A stretch of 64,000 nucleotides of DNA from the NCBI GenBank assembly GCA_029856145.1, contig JAHQWK010000024.1, forward strand, positions 1-64,000, given 5' to 3'. Under the pieces are notes generated by a model. The model saw only the letters and a list, made by a program, of their open reading frames with translations, ran no database searches and had not been told where the DNA came from. Within the stretch, counting starts at the first letter, position 1. Every line of letters begins with the position of its first letter. This document shows positions 50,281 to 60,359 of this stretch, one piece after another. Both the position numbers and the translations under genes were made by a program. This DNA is from Promethearchaeia archaeon. Its GTDB lineage: Archaea; Asgardarchaeota; Lokiarchaeia; Sigyniarchaeales; SOKP01.

Positions 50281-51693
50281 TTATTTTTTCCTTCTTTGAA
50301 TCCATTCAATATTTCCTTTTTTACTTAATCTAAATATTTCATATTCATTATTTTTCAAGAGGATCATCCAAGATGATTTAGTAAGGAATTTAATAAGTTC
50401 TTCAGTATCACTTAACTCTTTAACAATTAATTTTGATGTAAAATTAGTTGTGATAAATTTAACATCTCTTATTATCTCTGATTTATTAGCTAGCTTATCT
50501 GAATCATTTAATTCATAAGTAGATAAATCCCATAAAGAATTTGGAATAAAATCTTCCTCAAGATTTTTTATATCAAGAACTTTTATGTTCTTAAACTTAT
50601 CAGAAATTTCAATTTCTGATATTTGGTTAAATCCAATGTAAAGATGCTGTAATTTTCTTAATTTTTCAAGCCGATTAATCTTGATTATTTTGTTATTTCT
50701 TAAGTCTAAAAATTTTAACTTTCTAAGATTTTCTAATCCTTTTATTTCTTTTATTTGATTATAACTTAAATCTAGAAATTCTAGCTTAGTAAGCTTATCG
50801 ATTCCTTTGATTTCTGATATCATATTATTACTAAGATCTAACCTCCTTAAATTAGTAAGCTTTTCTAATCCCTTTATTTCTGATATATGATTATTTCGAA
50901 GATTTAGCACTTCTAAATTTGAATGCTTTTCAAATTCTTTAATATCAGATATTTTATTATCAAATAACATTAAATATTTCAAATTAGGAAGACAATTTAT
51001 ACCTTCTATTACAGAAATCTCATTATTATTTAAGTATAGAAACTCAATTTTTTCTAAATTTGATAATCCCTTTATTTTCATAATCCTATTTCCTTGTAAA
51101 TGTAAAGACGTCAGATTGGTTAATGTATCTAAACCTTTGATTTCTGGTATTTGATTATAATTTAGATATAATTTCTGTAAATCGATAAGATTTTCCAAAT
51201 TTTTAACTTTTTCAATATTATCAATGTTATTATTATTGAGATTAATGATAGGATAATCCTTAGAAGGAAAAAATATATTTCCTTCAAAATTTACGAATTT
51301 TACAATTTTTAACAGAGATTTTAATTTCTCATTTGAAATTTTTTCTAATAGTTTAATTATTTGAACCAAACAAAATGAGTTGTTATCATGTTTTAACACC
51401 CATGAAATAGGTTTTATCGCTCTTTCTGGAAAATTAAATATTATAACACTTGCTGCTTGTCCTCGCACCTGATCATTCAAATCTGAGATTAGTAAATTCT
51501 CGAGGAAATTAAACACTTTTTCACCTTTAGGATATATTAATCCTAAAAATTTTAAACTTAATATCCTAGTCTTATCATCATTATCATGGATATCATCAAT
51601 TACTGATATTAATAAGTCTGAAGCTTGATTTTTATTTAATATTTTATTCTTAAAATCCTCATAAATCTTAATTGGCGTTAGAACTGGCATCAA
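50281..51693 (-). CDS. HEAT-like N-terminus plus SDS22-like LRR protein
   Basis: About 10 22-aa repeats LxxLxLxxNxIxxIKGL. ENLLISDLNDQVR is a HEAT-like motif. Confidence 0.85.
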   Translation of the reverse strand: MMPVLTPIKIYEDFKNKILNKNQASDLLISVIDDIHDNDDKTRILSLKFLGLIYPKGEKVFNFLENLLISDLNDQVRGQAASVIIFNFPERAIKPISWVLKHDNNSFCLVQIIKLLEKISNEKLKSLLKIVKFVNFEGNIFFPSKDYPIINLNNNNIDNIEKVKNLENLIDLQKLYLNYNQIPEIKGLDTLTNLTSLHLQGNRIMKIKGLSNLEKIEFLYLNNNEISVIEGINCLPNLKYLMLFDNKISDIKEFEKHSNLEVLNLRNNHISEIKGLEKLTNLRRLDLSNNMISEIKGIDKLTKLEFLDLSYNQIKEIKGLENLRKLKFLDLRNNKIIKINRLEKLRKLQHLYIGFNQISEIEISDKFKNIKVLDIKNLEEDFIPNSLWDLSTYELNDSDKLANKSEIIRDVKFITTNFTSKLIVKELSDTEELIKFLTKSSWMILLKNNEYEIFRLSKKGNIEWIQRRKK

Positions 51694-51813
51694 ATTAATA
51701 AATTCATGAAATTAAATGATGATTTATTACTAATTTATCTTATTTTTTAAAAATAATAAGATAATTAAAAGATACTATTTATTAATTAAAAAAGAAAAAA
51801 AATTATTTGAATG

Positions 51814-52326
51814 CTACAACTCAATTATTTCAGATTCCATTCTTTCTGTATCTACAATAGCAAAAGTAGCTTTACCCGTTATGTAACCACAAATTTCACC
51901 GGGATTAATCACTAAAGTACCATTATCCAACTTTTTATTAGATAAGAAATGTGTATGACCTGATAGAATTATATCAAAATTACCTGAATTTCCTAAGGCT
52001 TCTATTGTCTGTTCTCTGGGCATGTGAGATGCAAAAATTCGTTTACCACCTAATTCTAAAATCAATTCATTCCCATTCTGAGGAAATTCACATATTTGAC
52101 CTAAATTTTCTTTTAGAAAAAGACGTTCTCCATCATTATTTCCAAAGACCCCCAAAAAATTCTTTTTTATAGAGTCATTTAATTCGTTAAACCATCTCCT
52201 AACAAATGGTGCAACATAATCTCCACAGTGTATAAGTGCATCAACATTTCTTTCATTTATTATAGAAATTGCTTTTAAGATGTTAATTTTGTGGTCATGG
52301 GAATCGGAAATTACCGCAATTTTCAT
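51814..52326 (-). CDS. YfcE/MJ0936-family metallophosphoesterase
   Basis: SDSHD, HCGD, GNND, GHTH and NPGE motifs. Confidence 0.9.
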   Translation of the reverse strand: MKIAVISDSHDHKINILKAISIINERNVDALIHCGDYVAPFVRRWFNELNDSIKKNFLGVFGNNDGERLFLKENLGQICEFPQNGNELILELGGKRIFASHMPREQTIEALGNSGNFDIILSGHTHFLSNKKLDNGTLVINPGEICGYITGKATFAIVDTERMESEIIEL

Positions 52327-52446
52327 TCTTAAAACTCTCCTTTTATATAGAATTTTTAGGTTTTGTATATAATAAAAATAAATTATTAAATGTTTTATAT
52401 TAATATTATTGCATTAGTTAAACTAAAGCAAATTTTTGTTTTTATC

Positions 52447-53520
52447 ATGAGTTATAAATTCTTAAAAACCGAAAAAACTCTAGTAGATAAGCAATTAGAA
52501 ATGTATTTTGCTAATTTACACAAGAAAGAAAAAGATATACTTCTAAATGATTTTATTAATCAACTTGAAGAATTCATTTTAAATGAAAAAGCGAAAAGAA
52601 TCCATCCTATTTTGTTGAATGCCGCTTTTGCGGGTATTGTAAATCCTATGTATTTAGAGGATCAAATAGAACAAATTCGTGAAGTGTCCATATCAGTCGA
52701 ATTATTACATAGCGGTCACTTAATACATGATGATCTCCTAGATAATGATGAGATAAGAAGGGGTAAACCTACATTTCATGTACAATTAAAAAATGAAATA
52801 AGTCAAGTGTACAAGGACTTAGAACTCCCTAATAAAGACGAGTTGAGTGGATTATATGGAAGGGATATGTCAATATTAGGGGGTACACAAGGATATCTTT
52901 TAGGTTTAGACATTTTAAAATCTTCAAAATTCCCAGAACAATTAAAACTCTTTGCTATTAATGAATATACACAAGCAATGGATTATTTAATGAAAGGACA
53001 GTTAGTAGAAGAATACATGAATTATCATAATATTACCATGACATTAGAACAATATTTGAATATAATGGAATTTCAAAAAGCAAGAATATTTGAAAAATCT
53101 ACAAAAATTGGAGCATTTTTGGCTAAAGGGAATCTTCATTATCAAATCAATCCTCTAAGTAATGCAATGTTACTTATTGGTCAAGCTCATGCAATTCGTG
53201 ATGATATTATTGATCTAGAAGACGACATTAAAGGAAAGCAGAAAAAAATCGTGTATATTTTAGCTATCTCAAATACTGATGAAGATCAGTCTAAGAGATT
53301 GAATGAAATATACCATAAAGATCATTTGACAAATAATGATGTAAAAGAAGCAGAAGATATCTTCACAAAAACCAATGCCTTAATGATTGCTGAACATTTA
53401 GCAAAAAATTTTATCGAACAAGCTAAAGATTCTCTTAAAGATATTTATCCAGATCTAAATAAAGAACAAAAAATGTTCTTTAGTGAATTTTCAGATTTTG
53501 TTTATACAAGAGAATTTTAG
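52447..53520 (+). CDS. Polyprenyl diphosphate synthase family (ATG 52447)
   Basis: ELLHSGHLIHDDLLD...RRGKPT (FARM), GQ, and RDDIID (SARM). Confidence 0.85.
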   Translation: MSYKFLKTEKTLVDKQLEMYFANLHKKEKDILLNDFINQLEEFILNEKAKRIHPILLNAAFAGIVNPMYLEDQIEQIREVSISVELLHSGHLIHDDLLDNDEIRRGKPTFHVQLKNEISQVYKDLELPNKDELSGLYGRDMSILGGTQGYLLGLDILKSSKFPEQLKLFAINEYTQAMDYLMKGQLVEEYMNYHNITMTLEQYLNIMEFQKARIFEKSTKIGAFLAKGNLHYQINPLSNAMLLIGQAHAIRDDIIDLEDDIKGKQKKIVYILAISNTDEDQSKRLNEIYHKDHLTNNDVKEAEDIFTKTNALMIAEHLAKNFIEQAKDSLKDIYPDLNKEQKMFFSEFSDFVYTREF

Positions 53521-53537
53521 AATTATCCTCTAATATT

Positions 53538-54134
53538 TTATACTACAACAAATGGAATATGTTGTTTTTTCAACATTAAGTTATTTAATTCTTTGAAAAC
53601 TTCTAAAACGTTTTGATTCTCCAAAGCAGATGTTCTAGCAAATCCATCTAATTTTCTTTTTTCTAAATATTCGGAAATCAAGGTATCATTAATAATTTCT
53701 GATTTTGAGGTTTTCTTTATTAAATCACTTTTACTCGCAACTAAAATTATTGGAATCTTTGAATCTATAGCATTCTCAATTATTATATCATACCAGAAAT
53801 CTAGTTGATTAAAAGATGGAAAATTCACTGAATCGAATACTAACAAGGCTCCATTAGCACCTTCTATAAATTTGGGGATTAATGGAGCAAATCTTTCCTG
53901 CCCTCCAAAGTCAAAAATCGAATTTACAACATAATTTTCCTTCTGTGGATTTATTTCTTTTGTAAAATTGATTTTTAAATAGACTGAATGAAAATTTATA
54001 CCAATTGTTGGAGAACTATCAAAACTAAATGAGTTAAAACAATAACGATTAAATAATGATGTTTTACCTACTGAACTGGCACCACAAATCACAGTTTTGA
54101 AACTAAATAATATATCTTTTCGATTATAACTCAT
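53538..54134 (-). CDS. Rab-like small GTPase
   Basis: G1 GASSVGKTS, G2 PTIG, G3 DFGGQERF, G4 SKSD and G5 SA. Confidence 0.9.
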   Translation of the reverse strand: MSYNRKDILFSFKTVICGASSVGKTSLFNRYCFNSFSFDSSPTIGINFHSVYLKINFTKEINPQKENYVVNSIFDFGGQERFAPLIPKFIEGANGALLVFDSVNFPSFNQLDFWYDIIIENAIDSKIPIILVASKSDLIKKTSKSEIINDTLISEYLEKRKLDGFARTSALENQNVLEVFKELNNLMLKKQHIPFVVV

Positions 54135-54350
54135 CTTTTAATAGAGCCTTGAATGTAAATAAAATTATCTTAAGTAATTTTAATGTTTAAATATTGGAAT
54201 GTTAGATTCTCTAAATTTAATAGAGTGAATATGCAACACCTTAAATAGTTTCCGAGAATCGTTAATAATAAACTAAACTAGTAAAATATATTCTAGAGAT
54301 GGTTCGATTTAATTTCTAAACTATTTTCTTTCTTTTATTATTCAATCTTT

Positions 54351-54497
54351 TTAAAATCCAACTGCTTGCTCGTCTTTCCACCAATCTGAAGCACCCAAAT
54401 AACACTCTCCAAGTTTGTATATAATTTGAGCTCCTTCAATTTTATAAAAGTCCTCTTTATACACTTGATGACTAAGATTAGATAAGCATTGAATCAA
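54351..54497 (-). other. Possible 48-aa small ORF or gene remnant
   Basis: TTG...TAA frame MIQCLSNLSHQVYKEDFYKIEGAQIIYKLGECYLGASDWWKDEQAVGF in a gap with coding-like composition. Confidence 0.3.
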
Positions 54498-54604
54498 ATT
54501 TTCTTATTATTTTATAATAATAATATCTAAAAATCCCTTTTCTTTTATTATAATTGTAAATAAGGTTGTTTAAATTCTTTAATTATTATTCTTAATGAAT
54601 CTGT

Positions 54605-55513
54605 ATGGCTACTAAAATTCCACCTGATCAGATAGTTATTAGGCCTCCTGTAGAAGCTTATTCTGTTTTAATACCTGTAACAGGTGGATGTTCATGGAAT
54701 AAATGCCGTTTCTGTGGAACTTATAAAGGCGTATATGGAGTTTCCCAAGACTATGCTATACGAACTTTAGAGGATGTAAAAAAGGATATTGATAAATATG
54801 CTGAGAGTAATTATCATGGTTTTCCTGTATTTTTAGCAGGAGGTAATCCTACTTCCGCACCAACAGATTATTTAGTTGAAATTATTAAATATGTTAGAGT
54901 TAAGTTAAAAAATGTTCCACGAGTAAGTTGCTACGCTAAAGCTTTAGATGTTTTAAGAAAGTCAGATGAAGAATTAAAAGCGATAATGAATGCAGGATTA
55001 GATATAGTCTATATGGGATTAGAGAGTGGCTCAAATACCATATTAAGAATTATGAAAAAAGGAACTAATGCTGAATCTATGATAGAAGCAGGGAAGAAAA
55101 TTCTAAATGCTGGAATTAAACTTTCATTATATATCATTTTAGGATTAGGAAGTCATAAATATTCAGAAGAACATGTGAAAGAAACTGCTAGAGTGTTAAC
55201 TGAAATTAACCCAACTATTTTCCGGTTCAGAACCTTAAATATTTTACCTGGTACTCCACTTTGGGATGAATGGAAATCTGGTGAATTTAAACTATTGAGC
55301 CCATTGGAAAATATTACAGAAGAGAGAAATATCATAGCTAATTTAGGTGAAAATGTTACTTCTCAAGTCTTTAACGACCATGTGTCTAATTATTGTACGA
55401 TAGAATCTTCTAATATAAAAGTAGATCGAGAAATGTTTATAAAAACCTTAGATTCTTATATTAATGACCCAAAAATCCAAAACTTGCCAAGAAAAAACTT
55501 AATAAGAATGTGA
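54605..55513 (+). CDS. Radical SAM protein (paralog of 43864-44787)
   Basis: RPPVEAYS, CSWNKCRFC, YMGLESG and NDHVSNY motifs. Confidence 0.9.
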   Translation: MATKIPPDQIVIRPPVEAYSVLIPVTGGCSWNKCRFCGTYKGVYGVSQDYAIRTLEDVKKDIDKYAESNYHGFPVFLAGGNPTSAPTDYLVEIIKYVRVKLKNVPRVSCYAKALDVLRKSDEELKAIMNAGLDIVYMGLESGSNTILRIMKKGTNAESMIEAGKKILNAGIKLSLYIILGLGSHKYSEEHVKETARVLTEINPTIFRFRTLNILPGTPLWDEWKSGEFKLLSPLENITEERNIIANLGENVTSQVFNDHVSNYCTIESSNIKVDREMFIKTLDSYINDPKIQNLPRKNLIRM

Positions 55514-55544
55514 ATATTTGAGGATAGAACAAATATAATCTTTT

Positions 55545-56621
55545 TTAAGCCTCAAGAACTTTATCCACCAGATCAATGAATTTTTTATATTTAGATATTG
55601 AACCTAAAAGGAATTCATATATTTTGTAAATCCGGGTATAACCATTTAATTTTTCCAAAGTATTTCTATTTTCCTCAAGTTCTAGTCTTAGTTTTTGTAA
55701 CTCATCATCCCATTTTGCCATTCTGTCAATAACGGTTCTAGAGAATTTTAAAAGGATTATTCCCGCGGATTCAGCACAATACGTAATTTTACCTTTAGGT
55801 GAAATATCTGATTTCTCTATTAATCCATTTTCTAAAAGTAAGTTTACTTCTTCAGAAATCTTCCCTGCTGACAATCCGGTGATCCTTTGTAATGTTTTTT
55901 GGGTAAGCAATTTTCTTGTAATAAAGTACACGAGAATCCTAATGAACATTGGATCTCGACTTGAAAACATGGGGGAAGTGGCAAGTTGATTTAACATATC
56001 ATCCTCAACTAAATAAACTTCTGGGTCAAAAGAAATCTTCTTCACTTCTTCTTCTCTTCTAATCAAATTGAAAGATTTTGAAGATATATCTTTCAATGTT
56101 TCATTAGTTGAATTTTCTATCAATATTGGAAATATAATTTTATAAATTTCAAAAGTTTCAAGCAATTCATCAATTCTATTTGAGAGATGTTGCGCTCCTT
56201 TTTTAGATTGCTCAATAAATTTTATCAATTCTTCCTTTTTATTTTTCAAATAAGTTTCTAAAGGACCAAAAGTACTTAATGCAATTTCAATCCCTCTTGT
56301 TGTAAGATCTTCAAGCTTGCCGGTAAATGAATATATAAATGTATGAGTGTGAGGAATACGTTCTTTTTGAAAAGTTCCAGTACCCGTCATAACTGATAAA
56401 ATTGTTGATATAGAGCCCATTGAGAATCCCGTTAACTTTTTTAATTCCTTCTGGGTTAAACTTTCATGAATTAGTAAATAAGAAGAAATCATAGATATCT
56501 TTGGATTAACTCTTTTACTTTGAGCAATATCTAATAAAAATTCTACAAGCTTATTTTCATATTTGCGAAGTTTATCACTAAAAAGATGACTAAAATTTTC
56601 TGTATCTTCTTCAACTGTCAT
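55545..56621 (-). CDS. Tandem two-domain GbsR/MarR-like winged-helix regulator
   Basis: Two HTH motifs: LTQKELKKLTGFSMGSIS and LTQKTLQRITGLSAGKIS. Confidence 0.85.
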   Translation of the reverse strand: MTVEEDTENFSHLFSDKLRKYENKLVEFLLDIAQSKRVNPKISMISSYLLIHESLTQKELKKLTGFSMGSISTILSVMTGTGTFQKERIPHTHTFIYSFTGKLEDLTTRGIEIALSTFGPLETYLKNKKEELIKFIEQSKKGAQHLSNRIDELLETFEIYKIIFPILIENSTNETLKDISSKSFNLIRREEEVKKISFDPEVYLVEDDMLNQLATSPMFSSRDPMFIRILVYFITRKLLTQKTLQRITGLSAGKISEEVNLLLENGLIEKSDISPKGKITYCAESAGIILLKFSRTVIDRMAKWDDELQKLRLELEENRNTLEKLNGYTRIYKIYEFLLGSISKYKKFIDLVDKVLEA

Positions 56622-56667
56622 TTCTTATTTAAATATAGGTTAAACAGGTTTATAAATGTTTTTATAT

Positions 56668-56682
56668 TTCAAACTTTATGAA
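56668..56682. promoter_or_regulatory. TTCA-N7-TGAA operator-like palindrome
   Basis: TTCAaactttaTGAA lies next to TTTATAAA (56649-56656), upstream of the fused regulator. Confidence 0.7.
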
Positions 56683-56753
56683 AGGTGAAGAAAGTTAAAT
56701 CTCTAATTTTTTTTAATTATCTTGATGAAGAAATTAAAAAAAAAGAAATTTTC

Positions 56754-56957
56754 ATGCCGGAAAAAGACACCAAATATAATCAAATTTTTGACATGGGGGA
56801 TGTGAAATATAAGAAATGCCCCGTTTGCAAAAAGACGCGGGAGTATCCAGATGAGTTTCAGCCTGAGAGTCTATGCGTCTTTTGTACCGAGGATATCTTT
56901 ACAGAGCCCGAGTTTTTTAAAATATATCTGAAAGCTATTAGAAAAGAATATGTTTAG
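56754..56957 (+). CDS. Small zinc-ribbon protein (ATG 56754)
   Basis: CPVC...CVFC, with GC content above the flanks. Confidence 0.55.
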   Translation: MPEKDTKYNQIFDMGDVKYKKCPVCKKTREYPDEFQPESLCVFCTEDIFTEPEFFKIYLKAIRKEYV

Positions 56958-57118
56958 CCTGTTCAGGATATGCACACTTATTTTTTTTCCAAGAACTAGC
57001 CAATAAATAATTAAGGAAAAATTAAAAGAAAATTATAGAATCTTTAGGATTAAGGTTTAATAAATAAATAGGATCCTACTATTTTTTCTACAGTTGTAAT
57101 TAATAATTCTTTATAATT

Positions 57119-57262
57119 TTCAAACTTTATGAAACAGAAGTTTGAGCTATGATTCTGTTGCAAAATTCGTTTCACGACTTTTGAAAAATAAAAACATTTA
57201 AATATGTAGTTGATTATAATATTAATGGGTTTCATAACTTTTGAAACTTAAAAAATTATGAA
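57119..57262. promoter_or_regulatory. Cluster of TTCA-N7-TGAA sites around a TATA box
   Basis: Perfect sites at 57119, 57171 and 57231, a one-mismatch site at 57248, and TTTAAATA at 57197-57204. Confidence 0.75.
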
Positions 57263-57292
57263 ACTTCACATTCCCACCAAGTGTGTAAAAAA

Positions 57293-58003
57293 ATGATTGA
57301 AATTATTTCTCAGGAAATATGGATTGGAGATATTGATGCTAATATCAAAGAAGTAAAACCTGAACATATTTATTCAAGATGGGTTTTATTAATTGCGGGT
57401 ATAAGTTATTTCATTGTATTTATTACAAGTATATTAATAGCAATCTTTCTAGGACCTTTAGGTTATAATCCTTATTTTAATGCGATTAGCGATTTAGGGT
57501 CGTCTCATATTACTCCTGTGGCATTTCTTTTCGATAGTTCATGTTTCATCAGTCCTGGGTTTATAATTCCTTCCTTAATTATAATAGAGAAGAGGGTAGC
57601 CCCTGAATCTTTTTTTAATGGAATTAAGAATAAGAGTGTATCATTAAAACAGAAATTTGCAGTCTTTGGAGTAGCCTTTGGACTTATTGGACTTATTGGA
57701 TTGATTTTAGTAGGAGTCTTTAGTTTAGATCGAGCAGGTCCAATGGGAATTTATCATGGGATTGCAGCAATATTAACTTTCGGAGGTTTTGTCCTTTGTA
57801 TTTTCATATTTACTTTATGTTTAATTTGTTTTCGAGGCGAAATATCTAAAGTTTATGCAATAGCCACATCTTTACTTCCTATTATTATGCTATTTTTGTG
57901 GTTTTATACGAGAATCTTAATTTTTGAGTGGCTCTCTTATTTGTCAATCTTATCATACCTACTCTTTTTTCATTTTACTAATTTTAAGAGGGGAGGTTGG
58001 TAA
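57293..58003 (+). CDS. DUF998-like multi-pass membrane protein (ATG 57293)
   Basis: GYNPYFNAISDLG, LVGVF and H..AA.L.F motifs, with about 6 TM helices. Confidence 0.75.
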   Translation: MIEIISQEIWIGDIDANIKEVKPEHIYSRWVLLIAGISYFIVFITSILIAIFLGPLGYNPYFNAISDLGSSHITPVAFLFDSSCFISPGFIIPSLIIIEKRVAPESFFNGIKNKSVSLKQKFAVFGVAFGLIGLIGLILVGVFSLDRAGPMGIYHGIAAILTFGGFVLCIFIFTLCLICFRGEISKVYAIATSLLPIIMLFLWFYTRILIFEWLSYLSILSYLLFFHFTNFKRGGW

Positions 58004-58236
58004 AATAGGGCTCTCTAACAGAAAAAATAATTATTGACTTATAAAAAATTAGTTTTTCAAGCCTTAAGAACATTAATTAATAACCTATTTTTATTTACTT
58101 TTGATTTTAAGAAATTTCTTGAATACTAAGACTTCCTTTTTTTTTATTACAAAAATAAATAATGTAGAGGTTTTAAGTTCTATTTTTAATTTATAAATGG
58201 AATTATTTTTTTAATTCAATTTATATAATTCGTAGA

Positions 58237-59541
58237 TTATATATCAAGGATTTCCTTCGTAATTGATAAGATTTCAACTTCATCAAACAAATTAGTCTTC
58301 CCAGTTTTTTTAAACAACTCAATTTGTTCATGATAAAGCGTTTCAAAAAGATTAGTAAGATAATTAAGTCTTTCCTTAAAACTTGAATCTGATGGTTTAA
58401 ATAGAAAACAGACTATTTCAATATATTTACCGTAAACGGCTTGAACATAGAGACCTTTATAATTAATTTCTTCCATTTTTGAACCCCCAATTTGAGTTAC
58501 AAATGAATCCATTGCTGTTAAAAAACCTGATACTAATGCTTGTTCCTTGAAATTTTCACTGGCATAATTTATAATTGGCGTTCCACTAGTCTTTTCTATT
58601 ATTATTAAATCTCTGAATATTTCCGAATATTTTGGTTGATTAGCTTCTTTGAGCATTAATTTATTATGTTCTAAGTCATTGTAAATATCAAATAATCTAA
58701 AGTTATATGAGTCAAACGAATTTGTTTCGTTGAAATAATAATCTGATAATTTTATAACTTGTGAAGGAGCTCTCATTGGTTCTTTTGGAAGCTTTTTAAT
58801 AAACTTATTTCGTATTTCAAGATCATAATTATCGTTCTTTTTTCCTTTTCTTACACCGTAAACTATTTTCCGTGATGGATCAACTACATAAAGCCAACAA
58901 TTCAAATCTTTCATGTCGTAAATTAAATTTTGTAATCCTAATTTAAGAACACCAATAGGAGTTGTTACAAAAATATTCCAACTCGCAACCTTTGCAGCTT
59001 CTTTTATTGATTCTTTTGTTTCAAGATAAGTCTTTTCATTAACATTAACACCATTCATGACGAATACAGCTGCGGTCTTTACTTTCGATTTTTTCATTGT
59101 TAAATACATGTCCATTTTAGGTGAAATTGAATCATAGGAGGTATTATGAACTGTTGTTTCGAGATCAGCACAATGATCTGCAAAAGTTTCACTTAAATCT
59201 TGCTTTGCTATGAAATCTAAATGATATAGATACCTCTTGAATGTTTTTGAATTAATGACTGCGTATCCACAATATTCCAAAGGGTTATCAAATCTTTTTT
59301 GCCAATCAGTTGAATTATATACATTAGTTAGGTGTGTTAAAATGAGTTTTATATATTCAAGTCTACTAACAAATGATTTTTCAGGAATAGTTATCCCATA
59401 ATCCGCAATAAATTCTAACAATTCTTGAATTTTGCAATTTATTAAAATATAATTAATAGAAAATAAACCAAATTTGCTTTTGCTTTTTTCTATAAGGTAT
59501 TGAATTACATTATCCTCAGTAATTTCAGTTTCAGCGCTCAT
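58237..59541 (-). CDS. Protein with a C-terminal longin-like domain
   Basis: LIIIEKTSG.PI...LVSGFLTAMDSF...EINY pattern, homologous to the cytoplasmic domain of 31885-36546. Confidence 0.7.
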   Translation of the reverse strand: MSAETEITEDNVIQYLIEKSKSKFGLFSINYILINCKIQELLEFIADYGITIPEKSFVSRLEYIKLILTHLTNVYNSTDWQKRFDNPLEYCGYAVINSKTFKRYLYHLDFIAKQDLSETFADHCADLETTVHNTSYDSISPKMDMYLTMKKSKVKTAAVFVMNGVNVNEKTYLETKESIKEAAKVASWNIFVTTPIGVLKLGLQNLIYDMKDLNCWLYVVDPSRKIVYGVRKGKKNDNYDLEIRNKFIKKLPKEPMRAPSQVIKLSDYYFNETNSFDSYNFRLFDIYNDLEHNKLMLKEANQPKYSEIFRDLIIIEKTSGTPIINYASENFKEQALVSGFLTAMDSFVTQIGGSKMEEINYKGLYVQAVYGKYIEIVCFLFKPSDSSFKERLNYLTNLFETLYHEQIELFKKTGKTNLFDEVEILSITKEILDI

Positions 59542-59846
59542 TTTTCCACTAAACCCATCAAATTAATATCTAGTAAATTGTACAACTTTTACACCTAGGT
59601 TCTTCTATACAAATTTTATCTAATTAATATATACTAGAAATATATCTTTTCGTGATATCCGTATATATAATTTCATAAAATTTACTAAGGAAGAATTTGT
59701 AAAAATAATGATTTAGATTGTTCTAGCCCTATTAAGCTTATAAAAAAAAAGAAAAATATGGAATAATTTTTAATAAATAAATGGAATTAATTTTTAAAAC
59801 TTTTTTTTTATTTGAAAATATTTTAAATTCTCAATTCCCTTATAAT

Positions 59847-60359
59847 TTATTTTTCAAGAGATGCTAGTTCTTTTTCTAATACTTCAATTACTTTCATAGT
59901 TAAGGGTAGAGATGCTGTAAGTAATGTAAGGAGCTCATAAACATCAGTATAGCCGTAGAGATTTTCTATTTCATTTTTCTCTGCATTCATTTCTTTTTTT
60001 AATTCATTAAGCTCATTATAAAAATCAAATATTTCTTTTTGCGAATTAAAAAAATTCTTAATAATAGCTTTTTTGGGAGAATCCATTGAATAAGTAATCT
60101 CGCCTGTTCTAGATATTTTAGATTTCTCAATAAATGCATTCTCAACTAGTTTTTTCAACTCCTGGGAAATCTTGCCTCGGGAAAATCCGGTTAGTTTATG
60201 TATCATATCTTGGGTTAGATTTTTCCTTGTAATGAAATAGGCCTTTATTGTGTAATATATGGACTTCTGAAAACCAAAAAGTGGAGCACTTAGTAGAAAT
60301 TCTATTAACTCACCTTCAAAGTTCTTGATCTCATCATCAAATGGCTCATTTTCACTCAT
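59847..60359 (-). CDS. GbsR/MarR-like winged-helix regulator (type B)
   Basis: YFITRKNLTQDMIHKLTGFSRGKISQEL. ATGA overlap with the upstream gene. Confidence 0.85.
   Translation of the reverse strand: MSENEPFDDEIKNFEGELIEFLLSAPLFGFQKSIYYTIKAYFITRKNLTQDMIHKLTGFSRGKISQELKKLVENAFIEKSKISRTGEITYSMDSPKKAIIKNFFNSQKEIFDFYNELNELKKEMNAEKNEIENLYGYTDVYELLTLLTASLPLTMKVIEVLEKELASLEK

Noticed and set aside
50220-50309. N-terminal 30 aa of the CoA-transferase ORF, overlapping the LRR gene
   Set aside because: Family similarity begins at MSLPLEG (50219), so the extension is intergenic sequence that happens to be open.
52447-54134. Prenyltransferase next to a Rab-like GTPase as a sign of GTPase prenylation
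   Set aside because: The GTPase has no C-terminal cysteine, the genes are convergent, and the enzyme is a chain-elongating synthase rather than a protein prenyltransferase.
57050-57235. 61-aa minus-strand ORF
   Set aside because: It lies over the AT-rich promoter containing the TTCA-N7-TGAA sites and has no protein-like features.
57119-57262. Spaced short repeats as a mini CRISPR array
   Set aside because: Only 4-5 bp half-sites are conserved, the spacing is irregular and no cas genes are present. An operator cluster fits better.
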